A stretch of DNA of 64,000 nucleotides from Phoronis australis (taxonomy: Eukaryota > Animalia > Phoronida): positions 62,001 through 126,000 of the forward strand of contig NMRA01000676.1 in assembly GCA_002633005.1 (NCBI GenBank), in the 5' to 3' direction. Of this stretch, positions 51,299-64,000 are shown one piece after another. The translations under genes were made by a program, and so were the position numbers. The notes below the pieces were generated by a model. It ran no database searches. It saw only the letters and a list, made by a program, of their open reading frames with translations, and was not told the DNA's origin. Within the stretch, counting starts at the first letter, position 1. The number at the start of each line of letters is the position of its first letter.

Positions 51299-54033
51299 CT
51301 GGCATTAATTCCCTTTTAATCTGTCAATAGGGAAGACTATCTCACTCTGAAAAGGAATTTGGCTTCTGCCCAACCCTATAATGGGGGATTCCTGAGATCA
51401 TTTTGAGTGAATACTTTTGGCTAATACTGTATTTTTAGATGACAGATGCCATGCAAATGTAATGTGCAGTATATACTCAAGCCAAATTTAATTGAAATTG
51501 CAAATCCTAGTAATTTTGTGTCCCAAAATTTTTTCCTGAAGTTAAACCTTTATTGAATGACTACTGGGATTGTTCCAAGAAATTGCCACATGGAAATCGC
51601 ATCAAATGTAATAAATTAGCACAATACAAGCAATTCTCTTGACCATTGCTTTGTTAACAATTGAGGAAAAACCAGCTGACTAAGGTGTGAGAGTGACGAA
51701 ATTATCCGTGAGAGTCTGAAACAACCCTGCTTTGGTAATATGACTATCATCTAAGGACATCTTATTTCACCCAATGATAAGGTCGATCACTTCCATTCAA
51801 TTTTTCTATATGTCACAAAATATCGAGGCCTGAAAAAAAAGAAAACTCAGAACATCTCACTTTTTTGGAACTACTGTGGTTGCAATTTGGAGTTAAAAGG
51901 CATAATCTATTTAATAGGTCACTTATTTCTTACTATGAATTTGAAATCTTTTGACAATCCGAAGGAGTGTTTGATGCAGCTAACAAACTTTTGAAAACAA
52001 ATGAATGCTGTCAGTCCAGAGGCTGGGGTATAATAGTTGTACTCAAAATCAAACATGAAAATATTTTTGAAATTTTCCATTCTGTTTTAGTACGAAATCA
52101 AGATATGTTTCTGTAATTCTGCGCTATAGTAAATTACAACTGATGCGAAAGATTGTCAATTCATAGTCTGCACTTAATGACACCAGCAATAAAGTTACGA
52201 GTTTGAGTGAGAAGTTGAAATTTTGAGTTTTTAATTAAATCAAGTTTGCAGCTTGAATCTAGGGATCATGTAGTGCAAACTCAGTCAAGACAGTCGTCGA
52301 GCTAAACCTGAATGTATGGTAACATCTTATCAATTTCATATGAAAATAATTTTTAAATTTGTCCCTTTTTCATTTTTCAAAGTTTCTAACACCATTGCGA
52401 ATGCCCATATTTCAGAATATCGCCAGGTGATAATTGTGGTAGAGAGTTAGAACATGGAAAAGCATGGATTAGATGCAACATATGTTTTATGAAAAAATGG
52501 GGAATGAAATTTCACTCAGCGCCATATTGTGTCCTAAATTGATAAAATTTTAGCAACATGCTGATAATAGAAACAAATCTTGAGTTTAAAATTTTCTTAA
52601 ACCTGCATTTCGCTCTGTTAGCAGGTATTTTACTCTCTCATAAAATCGGTCTCATAATATTCCTTACCATGACAGGATTCTGCTTTGTTTGGTAACGGAA
52701 ATAGAATCACACTAAAGATATGACATCAATTTTATGACAGCAAAAGGCCACGTTTGATTTTCATTTTTCAGCCAGCTAAACAGGGCCAAGTGCAGCTTAA
52801 AATATTTTAAAATTATCGCTGGAATTTACAACTTATACAACATATATACAATTCGTGAGGCTTTACATATCAGTTGGTGCAAGCCCATCTCAATAGGCAA
52901 CTGCCACACCACAGGTTGTCATTGTTGGTCTAGTTCATTGTCACTCCCTGTAACTGACTGTACCTGTGCTTCATTACTTGTTGCTGGGCCTAGCTAGGTG
53001 GCCACTGTATTATGACTTCTGAGGATGGTGTTTAATAAATGACACCGAAACATGTCAAGTTTTAAAACCGTAGTTATTTTCTTGAATATATACAATTCCT
53101 TTTAAATCATTGACAAACAAGACTTAAGTGGCTCAAAAAGGTGTTATGTGCTTATACACCTATGTATTAACTTGCCCAGCTGCCTGAAATGGTCTCTCAA
53201 ATAGGCACTCCACTAAGTTCCCTAAATCGTGTGCGTGTTTGTGTCTTTGTTTAATCGCAAATGCTATGTTTGTCTATCATTTTGTCTTTATTACAAGCTC
53301 CTCAATGACATTTCCTAATAATTTGTCAAAACAACTGAGCCCTACGTTTTATGAAAATGAATTGGGACTTAGTCCTTAAATTAGGAACGTTGCATGAAAA
53401 GATCTCTATTGACTTTTAATAATATTTAGAATTCTACATTGAGTTCACTCTTGGTGTGTGACAAAGCCAAAAATAGACTCAGCAATAAAAATAAAACAGC
53501 AGGAGAAAAAACTGTCAGATTATGTTTTCACAAGTTTATAAAATAGGTAAAAAGTTAAGAATATTGTCAAGTCCTTATTTGGGCCTGTTTCATGCAACCG
53601 CGCATTGGACCTTATTGGGAATCAAGTTTTTAATCCAGTATAAGTGAGTGTGCCGCAGCCATCACAACTAGCTTCAAAGAGGTTATGTCAGATAACTCTG
53701 GAAAATGCATTTCTGGAGTTGCTATTATATATAGGATAGACTTTGACCAGAGCTATAAAACAACAAAATCTGTCAGGGGGGAGGTGATTTTATTACAAAT
53801 CGGCTACCTTCGCAGTTGTCTGTCAGACCTTTGCTAAAATCAAAGGTGGTAACTTAACCATGAATTGAAAGACTGCCAATCAAATGAGGTGTAGCTCCGC
53901 CCACAGAGTGAACAATTAGGGATGGCAGGTTCCATTCCTCGTTGCAGCTGACCTAAGAAATCGCTTTAAATTCTCACCGTGTCATTTTGTTTTTACTCGC
54001 ACGCCTACAGACATCAGCACAACACCAGCGGAG

Positions 54034-56828
54034 ATGAACAGTAGTAGAGTTAGTCCATCCCCACATGAAAACACTGAGAAGAGGAAGAACAGCAAATTAC
54101 CAAGTAAGTTCTGCTATGATTACCGATTTACCATGTACAACAATTACCATGTTATGTTGGCTTTCAGACCCCAAAAGAGCGATGACGAGGCAAAGGAAAG
54201 GTTGTTGACAGTTTTGAAACTCACTAATTGCTTCATTGCATGTTTATAACCATAATTCATGGAAGAAAGCTATATTTGGGCTGTCCATCATATGTCTATC
54301 ACTCATTCACTGGCAGTCAGACTGCTTTGAACTTATTACCCAAAATGCTTTGGAGAGATTTTGAAAAACTTCCAGACGATCGGAATGGCGAAAGGTAGAA
54401 ATGATTCTATTCAGGAAGACATCCTGTTTTGAAATTATTTTTAATGCAAAACAATCAACAAATATCATTTTTATGATATCATAGTGATCGCAAGCTTCAC
54501 CTAGTGGTGATTTAAAAACAAAAAATGCAACATTGCAGAATCCAGATCAAAATAAAAAGGCTTACAAGATTTTTGAGTTTGGTAACATGCTGGTTACTCA
54601 AGCTTGTGAAATGACAGAGAAAAGGATTGAATTGTGACAAATTACAACTTCAAGAAAAAATTCATAACCAAAATTTTACATGGCATCACCATAGCAGTGG
54701 TCAATATTACAATTTATTGACTTCTAAATACAGGTTTACAACTCCCCAATTTTCCAAATGATATAATAATCAATAAATTTGCACAAAATAATAGTCAAAA
54801 ATCATTCTTTATGTTTTCAAATGACTATGTTGCTACAACTGACCCACTTTTCACTAGTTGTCGTATCATGATTATCAATAAATGTACATTATCATGATTA
54901 CACCTCAATATACACTATGATTATAATAGTCATATTCTCTAAATGTTTGTTTTTAATAAAAAAGTAACGTAAAAATAATTTTTCGCCACATCTTGTGTCA
55001 AGTATGTGAAGAAAAAGTAAATTAACTGGGATGCAGGGAGACAATATAGCTCCACAGCTGAGAACATTGTCCAACTGCTAGCAATTTATGTGGAATAGTT
55101 ATGAAAAGAAAAATTATCTTATTTTTTGAAATAATGTCAGTCCTTAGGGGATAATTTTGAAAGCTTTGTTATTGTCAATTACATTACTTGAGAAAAGAAA
55201 ATAATTTATGTAGAAGAGACAGTTCTAAATGCATTCTTCCAAAACTACTAACAACATGAAAAACAATGTAATTTTAACAACAAACTGACGTGTAAAATCA
55301 ATTTTAGGATTTATTCCTGGTATAACAGAGAAAGTTTACTGGAAAGACTTGCCAGAGGATGACCCAGATAGTCCACCTAAAGTAAAGAGAGAAGATTACC
55401 ATCACTTTGAAGGATATGAGGACGTAGAGTATGATAAAGGTGAGCTGCCTTATGATTGGATAATGTCAGAGGGAGGCAAGGATTAGCAAACTGATTTTGT
55501 CATGTGGCATATTATAATTGGTCAACATTTTATGATTGGACAACATTACTGGAGGAGATGGGTGTAGAAAAATGATTTTGACAGGTGACAAGGTTAATGA
55601 ATGGTCAAGACTTTATGAATGGACAATACTGGCAAATTGATTTTGCCACGTGATAGAGTCAATAAAAAATGGTCAAAATGTCATTTTTTTTACCTCACCA
55701 TGTGCACACTTCTATACAAATATGGATGGAATTTAAGGGCAGTGTCAGGTTCTATGGACCACGGGCAACCAAAGAGGACAATGTTCTCTGGAGGTACATA
55801 TCATCTGATACGCGCAAGGGATACTAATTAAGACACTTTCCTTTATTTTCACCAACATAAAACAATGAGAAAAAGAGATTCAGCAACTAAGAAACATTAC
55901 TATAACAGGAACACTTCATAAATAGCAGTCCAGGATGAATTTGCAATTCTTAAAAATTTAACGTCAATGCCTCTCAACTGAAACAGCCACTTTGTTGGTA
56001 TACGAAGGGAAACTACTCCTACAATGAATTCGGCTTCCGCCCAGCCATCATACCAGGTATTCCGGGCTTTTTTGTCTTAATACTATTGGCCTGTACTGTA
56101 GTCTTTCGTTATTCACCATAACTTAGCTTCTACTATTGCCTAACTCTCCTGTAACAGCTGAATCAACCGTCTTGTGATCCGAGTTTCAGTTCTCCTAATC
56201 GAGCATGTGATCAGCGGTTTTTATATTAGCCAACAATGGAGAGGACCCCTCCAGATTTTTGCGAGGAACTCCAGCACTTTAAATGAAAACAGTGTGATTT
56301 ATGAGGCAAAGCAGTACGACAAAAAAGTTACTGCTTGGGAGGTCGTGCTTATGCACCAAGGTGACCTTTCAACTTCATCAGGAGCATTGAACTAAAATTG
56401 ATAATAACGGGTGAATGACTGGGCTTATAGGTGTTAGGAATTAATTAGTCAGGTAAAGAAATGTTTATTTTGTTAACATTGACCCCGCAATTTGTATTTA
56501 AATGTCATGGATTGAGACCTATAAAACTAAGAAAGGAAGGATTCCATTATTTCCTGTCTCTGAGAATAATAAATATTTAACTCACATTTCAGAAAAATTG
56601 GTGACAGCGTTGCCCTCATCAGACAGTGTGGGGGATGGTGAAAATACACCATCCCTGACAAGATTTGTTGAGTAAGTGTACAAAAACAAAACTGCAGGAA
56701 ACTCCAACTTGGTCAACAAAATAAGTGTCCCTGTCTAATGTTGCATTATGGTCACTTGTGCTACAGGAACTACTAACTGTGTAAACATCACTTTGCCAGA
56801 GCAATGTTGGGAAGGCGATATACTATAT

Positions 56829-56916
<88 letters not shown>

Positions 56917-59900
56917 ATATGTATATGTATATATGTACATNGGTTTAGCAAACTGATTTTGTCATGTGGCATATTATAATTGGTCAACATTTTATGATTG
57001 GACAACATTACTGGAGGAGATGGGTGTAGAAAAATGATTTTGACAGGTGACAAGGTTAATGAATGGTCAAGACTTTATGAATGGATAATACTGGCAAATT
57101 GATTTTGCCACATGATAAGAGTCAATAAAAAATGGTCAAAATGTCAATTTTTTACCTCACCATGTTCACACTTCTATACAAATATGGATGGAATTTAAGG
57201 GCAGTATCAGGTTCTATGGACCACGGGCAACCAAAGAGGACAATGCTCTCTGGAGGTCCATATCATCTGATACGCGCGAGAGATACTAATTAAGACACTT
57301 TCCTTTATTCTCACCAAAATAAAACAATGAGAAAAAGAGATTCAGCAACTAAGAAACATCAGTATAACAGGAACACTTCATAAACAGCAGTCATGGATGA
57401 ATTTGCAATTCTTAAAAATTTAACGTCAATGCCTTTCAACTGAAACAGCCACTTTGTTGGTACACGAAGGGAATTCGGCTTCCGCCCAGCCATCATACCA
57501 GGTATTCCGGGCCTTTTTGTCTTAATACTATTGGCTTGTACTGTAGTCTTTCACTATTCACCATAACTTAAGTTTCTACTATTGCCTAACTCTCCTGTAA
57601 CAGCTGAATCAACCATCTTGTGATCAGAGTTTAATCAGTTCTCCTAATCGAGCATGTGATAAGCGGTTTTTATATTAGCCAACAATAGAGAGGACCCCTC
57701 CAAATTTTTGCGAGGAACTCCAGCACTTTCAATGAAAACAGAGTGATTTATGAGGCAAAGCAGTGACAAAAAAGTTACTGCTTGGGAGGTCGTGCTTATG
57801 CACCAAGGTGACCTTTCAACTTCATCAGGAGCATTGAGGTAAAATTGATAATAAGGGGTGAATGGCTCAGCTTATAAGTATTAGGAATTAATTAGTCAGG
57901 TAAAGAAATGTTTATTTTGTTAACATTGACCCCGCCATTTGTATTTAGATGTCATGGATTGAGACCTATAAAACTATAAAAAAGGAAGAAGGATTCCATT
58001 ATTGCCCGTCTCTGAGAAAAATTAATATTTAACTCACATTTCAGAAAAGTTGGTGACAGCGTTGCCCTCATCAGACAGTGTGGGGGATGGTGAAAATACA
58101 CCATCCCTGACAAGATTTGTTGAGTAAGTGTACAAAAACAAACTGCGGGGAAACTCCAGCTTGGTCAACAAAATAAGTGTCCCTGTCTAATGTTGCATTA
58201 TGGTCACTTGTGCTACAGGAACTATTAACTGTGTAAACATCACTTTGCCAGAGCAATGTTGGGAAGGTGATATACTATATATATGTGTATGTAAATGTAT
58301 GTATATACTCATGTGTAGACAGTAAATCACATATAGTGATGAGGTCAAAGGATAAATATCATCAACTCCTAAGTTAAAATTTAGTCAAGCAAGTTTGAGG
58401 CAGTCTAGCCATAGAATGAATTTAGTTAGATACGTTACTTAAGTAGAGAAATTGGGTATTAGACGTTAGCACCAGTACAGTGCATAAAATGATGGATGAA
58501 GGAGTCTATTACATGGCAATGGTTTGAAAACTACAAGACTAAATGGTTTAAGTATCATTGCTGAGCAACATTTTCATATCTGACAAAAATTAATTTTCGT
58601 TTTAGTGACTCGGATCTATCGCGAGTTGATGTCAAGGATGCCATGGCAAATATGATTGCAAGTCACTGTTGCTATGGAAACAAAGTTGTAAAAGAAATGG
58701 AAATCCACAGCATTAAGCCGACAACATCTATCCATGTGAATAATGTTTTCAAGTTTTTACTTCCAATGTAATAGATTAATAGCTAGACCTATTTTGATGT
58801 CTTGCAATGTCAATTGGCCAATGTTGTTTTTGTGTCTTTGCAATCAGGTGTGAAAATTAATCATGCGAGTACAACATTAAATAAATATAAAGCAAAGCCT
58901 GGATTACCATAGAAACATTCTGATGTTCACCTAAAACTAATTGCTCGTATTTGGTTATTACTTTTTTGTGTCAGATTTTTTCAAAATTGAGAAAACAACC
59001 ACACTAAAATGTATGCAATTATACTCCAAGATGTGCCAATCAGAGGTGAGTGACTCAGTTTGAAAAGCCATCCTTATAACCCGACTTCATCCCCCCTCCC
59101 CCCGATCAGTCCATTTCTTTGATGTACCTTTTTAACAAAGTCTTAGTGGCTTGGCAACTTAGTGGTAAATCACCTCTTTAATGACCTTATTGACTACGAA
59201 CAGTCAAGTTATGCAGTTTTCAATTTCCCAGTCGATCAGAACATAGCTAACCGCATCACTGGACCATTGAAGCTGGAAAAATCCCACATCACGTCAGTTC
59301 ATATCAGACGACTTAAACTGTAAAAGTGTATGCTGCAGACCAGAAACAATAATTTTGCTGGCATAAAAGACATGGCACATAGTCCTGAATAATACACAGT
59401 AACTTTTCTAAGGAAAACTACGAACCATAGATTGGTGTAATGGTACAAAGGGTCACTCTATCTTCCCACAATGTTGTTTACAGTACACCTTGGAGACATT
59501 CTGTGAGACTCGAAAAATCAGCAGACAGCATGTCCCGTACAAAGGCCAGTCAGTGGATGGACCAGATAATGGAGTGGCACCCCTACCCTGGAGTATTGAG
59601 TGCCGACCTACTTCACTATTCAAAGACCACAAGATGACAGTTGAAGTTCCTCATACAGACTACATACAAGTAAGCCAAGCTTCATACTCAAGTTACTGTG
59701 CATTGAGCCCATTTCACATTAGACAAACTCATTAGGTGTTGCAAGGAAGCCAAGGGACCCTCCCACAGAAATGCCTGTATTCAGGTTATCCCATAGGTTC
59801 CCTATCACACGAACACTTATGCTGATGAACTGAATCTATTCAGAACGTTAAAAAGAGAGGTCCATATTTACTAGCACCACCTATTGAACAATAAGTTACC

Positions 59901-62541
59901 TATTAAATTATGTGCAGGGTGACAACTATCCTGAACAAAGATGGGGCTGACAATGTACAGACGTGGTAGGCATTCTAGGCTCCTCCACTGCAGTAAAAAG
60001 GCGACCAAGCAGGATGGGGGCCTAAACTCACAGGGACAGCACCTGGATCTGTGGCAGTAAATGCCGATGACAGTTTTCAATGAAATACAAACCTTTCACA
60101 CGCAGGGAAATAAAAACAAATGACAAGAGCAGCACTTTAACTCAAGAGCAGTTCTAACTTACTTTAGACTCTTTAACAAAATCACTGCACTAACATTCAG
60201 AGACTTTCCATACCAAAATACCTAATCTAATCCTTGAATTAGACAGCAAAACAACTTCCTTACCCAGATTAAAAGAGATTTCTGGTGTTGGAGAGAACTT
60301 ATAATTTATTGCTGAAGACTGTTAATGGAGGTGATTGTTTATTATGTGCTGAGATAACAACACTTAATCAACATGCAGATGTACCGAAGCTTTAAAACAT
60401 CCATTTGAACTCTGCTGTAATTCCATAAAGAGAAATAGAAAAGTGCAATGATATGTATGGCGAACACATCTCATAACCGTTTACTGGTTTCTTCAGGTAT
60501 GTCACAGGTGCAGTGCGAGAGGCTATCTCCGTTGCCATGACTGTAATGGCCGCGGCAAGAAATGGTGCGTGCACTGCGGTGGTGATGGTAGTTTGTCCGT
60601 CTCCAAGGGTGTAAAGTACAAAAGATGCAACATTTGCCATGGCAACGGCTGGACTATGTAAGATATAGAATAATGTCTGAAATTGTGAGCATATCTGAAA
60701 AATGTGCACGGAATTTGCTTAGATTTTCTTATGCTATATTGTTTCATAACTTACTGTTTTACAAATACAAGTAAGAATAAGAAATCTTCAGCACTATGGA
60801 AGGGGTAATGATCAGGCCAGCTGGACACAAAATAAATTACTTAATCTAAGAGAAACCCCACATTGAAAAACAAACTATATTTCATGCAACTTTACAATAA
60901 CGATTGATAATTGAATTGAAAAACTGAGCATTTTCAATATCAATTACAAGACTGATAAAGTGGAAAATAATTTTGTTTTCTTTGGTTGACGACTGAGTGT
61001 TAACATTTTGCTTTTGTATTGTTTCCTTAGCTGCAAGACGTGTCGAGATGATGGCCGCATCACATGTCCCATTTGCAACGGCTACAGGCAACTGTTACAC
61101 TACATTGCATTAACAGTGATATAGTGAGTGGGTAGCCATGTGGCTTTTGGCTGGGATATTTTAAAGTGGCAACGAACTTGCCTTTCATGACAAAAAGCCA
61201 ATTTTGATTCAGACCTCTTAGCATTACGCTCCTTAATCTACTACATAGGTGTGTTTCCTGGGCTTAGAAAGAGTTAACATTAGATTAGGCTATACAACTT
61301 AACTTGTCATTTTATTCACTGAGCATGGCCTCTAGTAATAACAAACTGTCGGGTATTTGCAAGACCAGAAATTAGTTCTCATCTGATAAAAAAACAAGTT
61401 GAGACCAATTTTTAGCTGCAACGACTGGTCTAAATGAAAAATAGCACTTTTGACAGGACAAGGTTTTATTACCACTTTTAAACAACTGTTTGTGATTAGT
61501 ACACTTTTGAAACAACTTGCTATTTCTACTCAAGAGCTATTAATGCAATGCCACCAATCCAACAAAAAAGAAGAAGAAACAGAATACCGTAGCCTCTTTG
61601 AGAAAGTAATGCTTGAAATAATTATTGTAAAGTCATTAAAAGAATGGTGTCTATACAATTATGAACCGCAAGATTATGGCTTAATAATGCACTAATAAAA
61701 TTACTTCCCACTCGGTAATAATACATTTGCTTAAAACACTGAATTCTGATTTTAGTAAAACCCATCAAGATGATTATATCTATGAGCAGACGGACATGCC
61801 AGATGACCTGCTTCTGAGCGTCACAGGAGTGATTGTCTTCCACCAAGTATTACCAAGGGTAATTCATACACAGAAACACATCATCCATTTTGATCAGAAG
61901 GACATGCTTGTCTTGCTATTTCCAAAATGGCACTCAGGCCATGCAATTTAGATAAAGAAAAAGGCTTAATTTGGCAGCTTCAGCTTTTGTTGGCATACCT
62001 GGTAAAAATCCCAGGTCACCATCAAGTCAACATGCACATATCCAAGCATGCAACTAGACAAACACATGTTGGAATCATTCGGTAGAAATAGGAAGGGCCC
62101 GCTTATATTTGACTGAGACGTCAACTAAAATGTGAGATACTCCTTATTTTCTGTTTAAGCAAAAAACAATGAAAAATTGTCTTGGTGATCTTCAGTGTGC
62201 TAACTCTTGGCAATGAGGTTTGTCAACCTTAATTCGAGTTTGGTAACCTTGGAATTTTGCGAGGTCGCATTTGACGAGTTGACATTATGATAAGTGTCAA
62301 GCCCGGAGGTGTAATTGCTATTCAAATTTTTTACAATTATTGTGTTTTTAGAATGCCTCCTGTCATAATGATACTTAAACATGTGAAGAACTGCCATAAA
62401 TGGTCTTCAATAAAATGTTCGTATGATTTATAGGTGTCACCGATTACAAATTATCCTGTTCAAGAAGTGAATGAAAACTCCGAATCCATTATCAAACAGC
62501 ATGATGCCAAGTTCTCCACTTCAGAAAAGATCATACGACAA
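54034..62541 (+). CDS. SSUH2: SSUH2-like protein (DnaJ-type CxxCxGxG zinc-finger), 3'-incomplete; exons 54034-54103, 55308-55439, 56593-56671 (duplicate 58045-58123), 58606-58735, 59484-59669, 60497-60657, 61031-61123, 61756-61858, 62434-62541
   Basis: All junctions are GT-AG and phase-compatible. Peptides [19 protein letters not shown]...[15 protein letters not shown]...[44 protein letters not shown] and VSPITNYP match the SSUH2 architecture. The first two exons are less certain. Confidence 0.88.
55481..58300. repeat. ~1.4-kb tandem duplication (55481-56940 / 56942-58300) including SSUH2 exon 3; probable haplotype artefact
   Basis: Single n at 56941 next to a (TA)n tract; the copies differ by many SNPs and indels. 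Confidence 0.8.
56818..56940. repeat. (TA)n/(TATG) microsatellite
   Basis: Direct dinucleotide run. Confidence 0.95.
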
Positions 62542-63039
62542 GTAAGTCCCACCTAATGCTAATTAGGTCAAGCCAAAGTTGTAATTTCAGTCCGTCGTGT
62601 TATTGTTTGCAACAAGAAACGAAACCATGATACAAGTTAATTAGCTCTGTCAAGCCAGACTAAATATTGTCCATGCCAGGACTATCGAAGTTGGTTTCAG
62701 GAAATGAGCAAACCCCATCCAAGGGCAGGCCAGCTTCTTCAAAAGTAAATGAACACTCCGTTTTACTTCCTGAGGACATGGGCGTGGCATGAAAATGTTG
62801 TGATGCACACTGCGTGGCTGAGTAAACTTGTGTATGGGGTGAAATTTGCATTCGGAAAAGTGAATGTGATTGAAATGTACCATTAAATGTGCAGATCCAA
62901 TAAAATAAATATGTTTCATGACTTCAAAAAAACAACTAATAAATTGCACAGGTACCTCTTGGTTAGAAAACACATGGGCTGTGTTCTACGTAGGAAGTGG
63001 ACAATGAATATGGGATGAACTTTTAATTTATTACAGTTA

Positions 63040-63670
63040 TTATTTATTGAATTCAATTTTGGGATTTATGCAAGTAAAACACAGAAAAAATATCTCTGTG
63101 CCTGTTGTATGTACAGATGTATCAATGGTTTGGCTCCAGCATATCTCAGCTGAAAATTCAATAGTAGTCAAGCTGTATATTCTACACGACGTTCTTCTGT
63201 CGATGGAATAGTTTCTCTTAAAAAAATTAAAACCGAGACCGGCAAGAGAGCTTTTATCTATGCTGCTGCTACAATATGGAATTCTATTAGCCCAGAAATG
63301 AAACGGTCCAATTCAATAAATACTTTTCAACTCAATATTAAAAAGTGGCTGCCCCATTTTATACGCCACCTGTCTTAATCATGTCATTTTTTTCTCATTG
63401 TCATAAATATTCTCACTGTTTAGAGTTATTTCATCTCTCTTTAGTTAAATTTTCACCATTGTTTGTCATTTATTTATTGTCTTAATTCTCAACCTGTTTT
63501 AATTGTATCTTTTTCACATATATTTAATTGTTGTTTTATTACTTCCTTGAATTATATTACTCTTTTTTCTTGTTGAGGGCCCTCTTGGAAAGCAGTGCTA
63601 TCACTGAAGAGATCACCCTCATTTTAAATATCACAATAAATAAATAAAAATAAATAAATAAATAAAATAA
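63040..63670 (+). mobile_element. 5'-truncated L2/Crack-type LINE 3' end with (TAAA)n tail
   Basis: Encodes MYRCINGLAPAYLS* and GKRAFIYAAATIWNSI...INTFQLNIKKWL (typical L2/CR1 ORF2 C-terminus), then a 3' UTR with gagggccctcttggaaagcag...caccctc and a TAAA tail. Confidence 0.85.
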
Positions 63671-64000
63671 ACTTTCCTTTAGTTACTCACTGGACTTCTA
63701 TCAAAACTAAGGTTTGCATAAAAGTGATAAGTTGGTCCCACGCGATCTCAAAATACACAACGAACACAGCCAGCTAACAGCTCCTTTCCTAATAAACTTT
63801 TACCATTTCTGTCTTCATGTGACAATGTGGATTTAAATGCATTGGTGGAAAGCCTGATATCTCTCGAGCCAGTAAAATTCAATTCAACAGCGTGTTTTGA
63901 TTTGTAAACCACAAAACTATAAAGAAAAAATAATAACTAACACTTTACTGCCAACCGATAACTGATGGTGGTCGTTTTATATTGCAGCGGCAGATTCTAC

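Noticed and set aside
56593-58123. Mutually exclusive duplicated SSUH2 exon 3
   Set aside because: The peptides are identical, the copies lie within a single-N duplication, and the asymmetric phase would frameshift if both were used. An artefact is more likely.
60633-60646. Near-perfect RFX X-box (TTTGCCATGGCAAC)
   Set aside because: It lies in coding sequence and is explained by the Cys-His-Gly-Asn codons of the zinc finger.

Overview
AT-rich, intron-containing invertebrate animal DNA, marine-deuterostome-like (taxon is an impression, not provable from the window), from a draft assembly with N gaps and four tandem haplotype duplications each joined by a single N. Genes read from the sequence: (1) a possible 3' end of an unidentified gene at the left edge; (2) a 4.5-kb exon encoding an Asp-rich protein of roughly a hundred Cys-free DxDxDG (thrombospondin type-3-like) Ca-binding motifs, some with His-Asp-His; (3) an MS4A/CD20-like four-TM gene (- strand); (4) a 7-exon selenophosphate synthetase (SelD/SPS) gene; (5) a small secreted low-complexity protein (- strand); (6) CCDC153/DRC12 (- strand); (7) an SSUH2-like Zn-finger gene running off the right edge. 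There are also LINE fragments, MITEs, a 48-bp minisatellite and a ~150-bp-period repeat carrying same-orientation CTCF-like motifs. Most interesting: the SPS gene has AGA (Arg) at the Sec/UGA codon and also Asn in place of the invariant metal-binding Asp of the TD[VI]TGFG motif. It is a candidate independently evolved SPS1-type or pseudoenzyme paralog.
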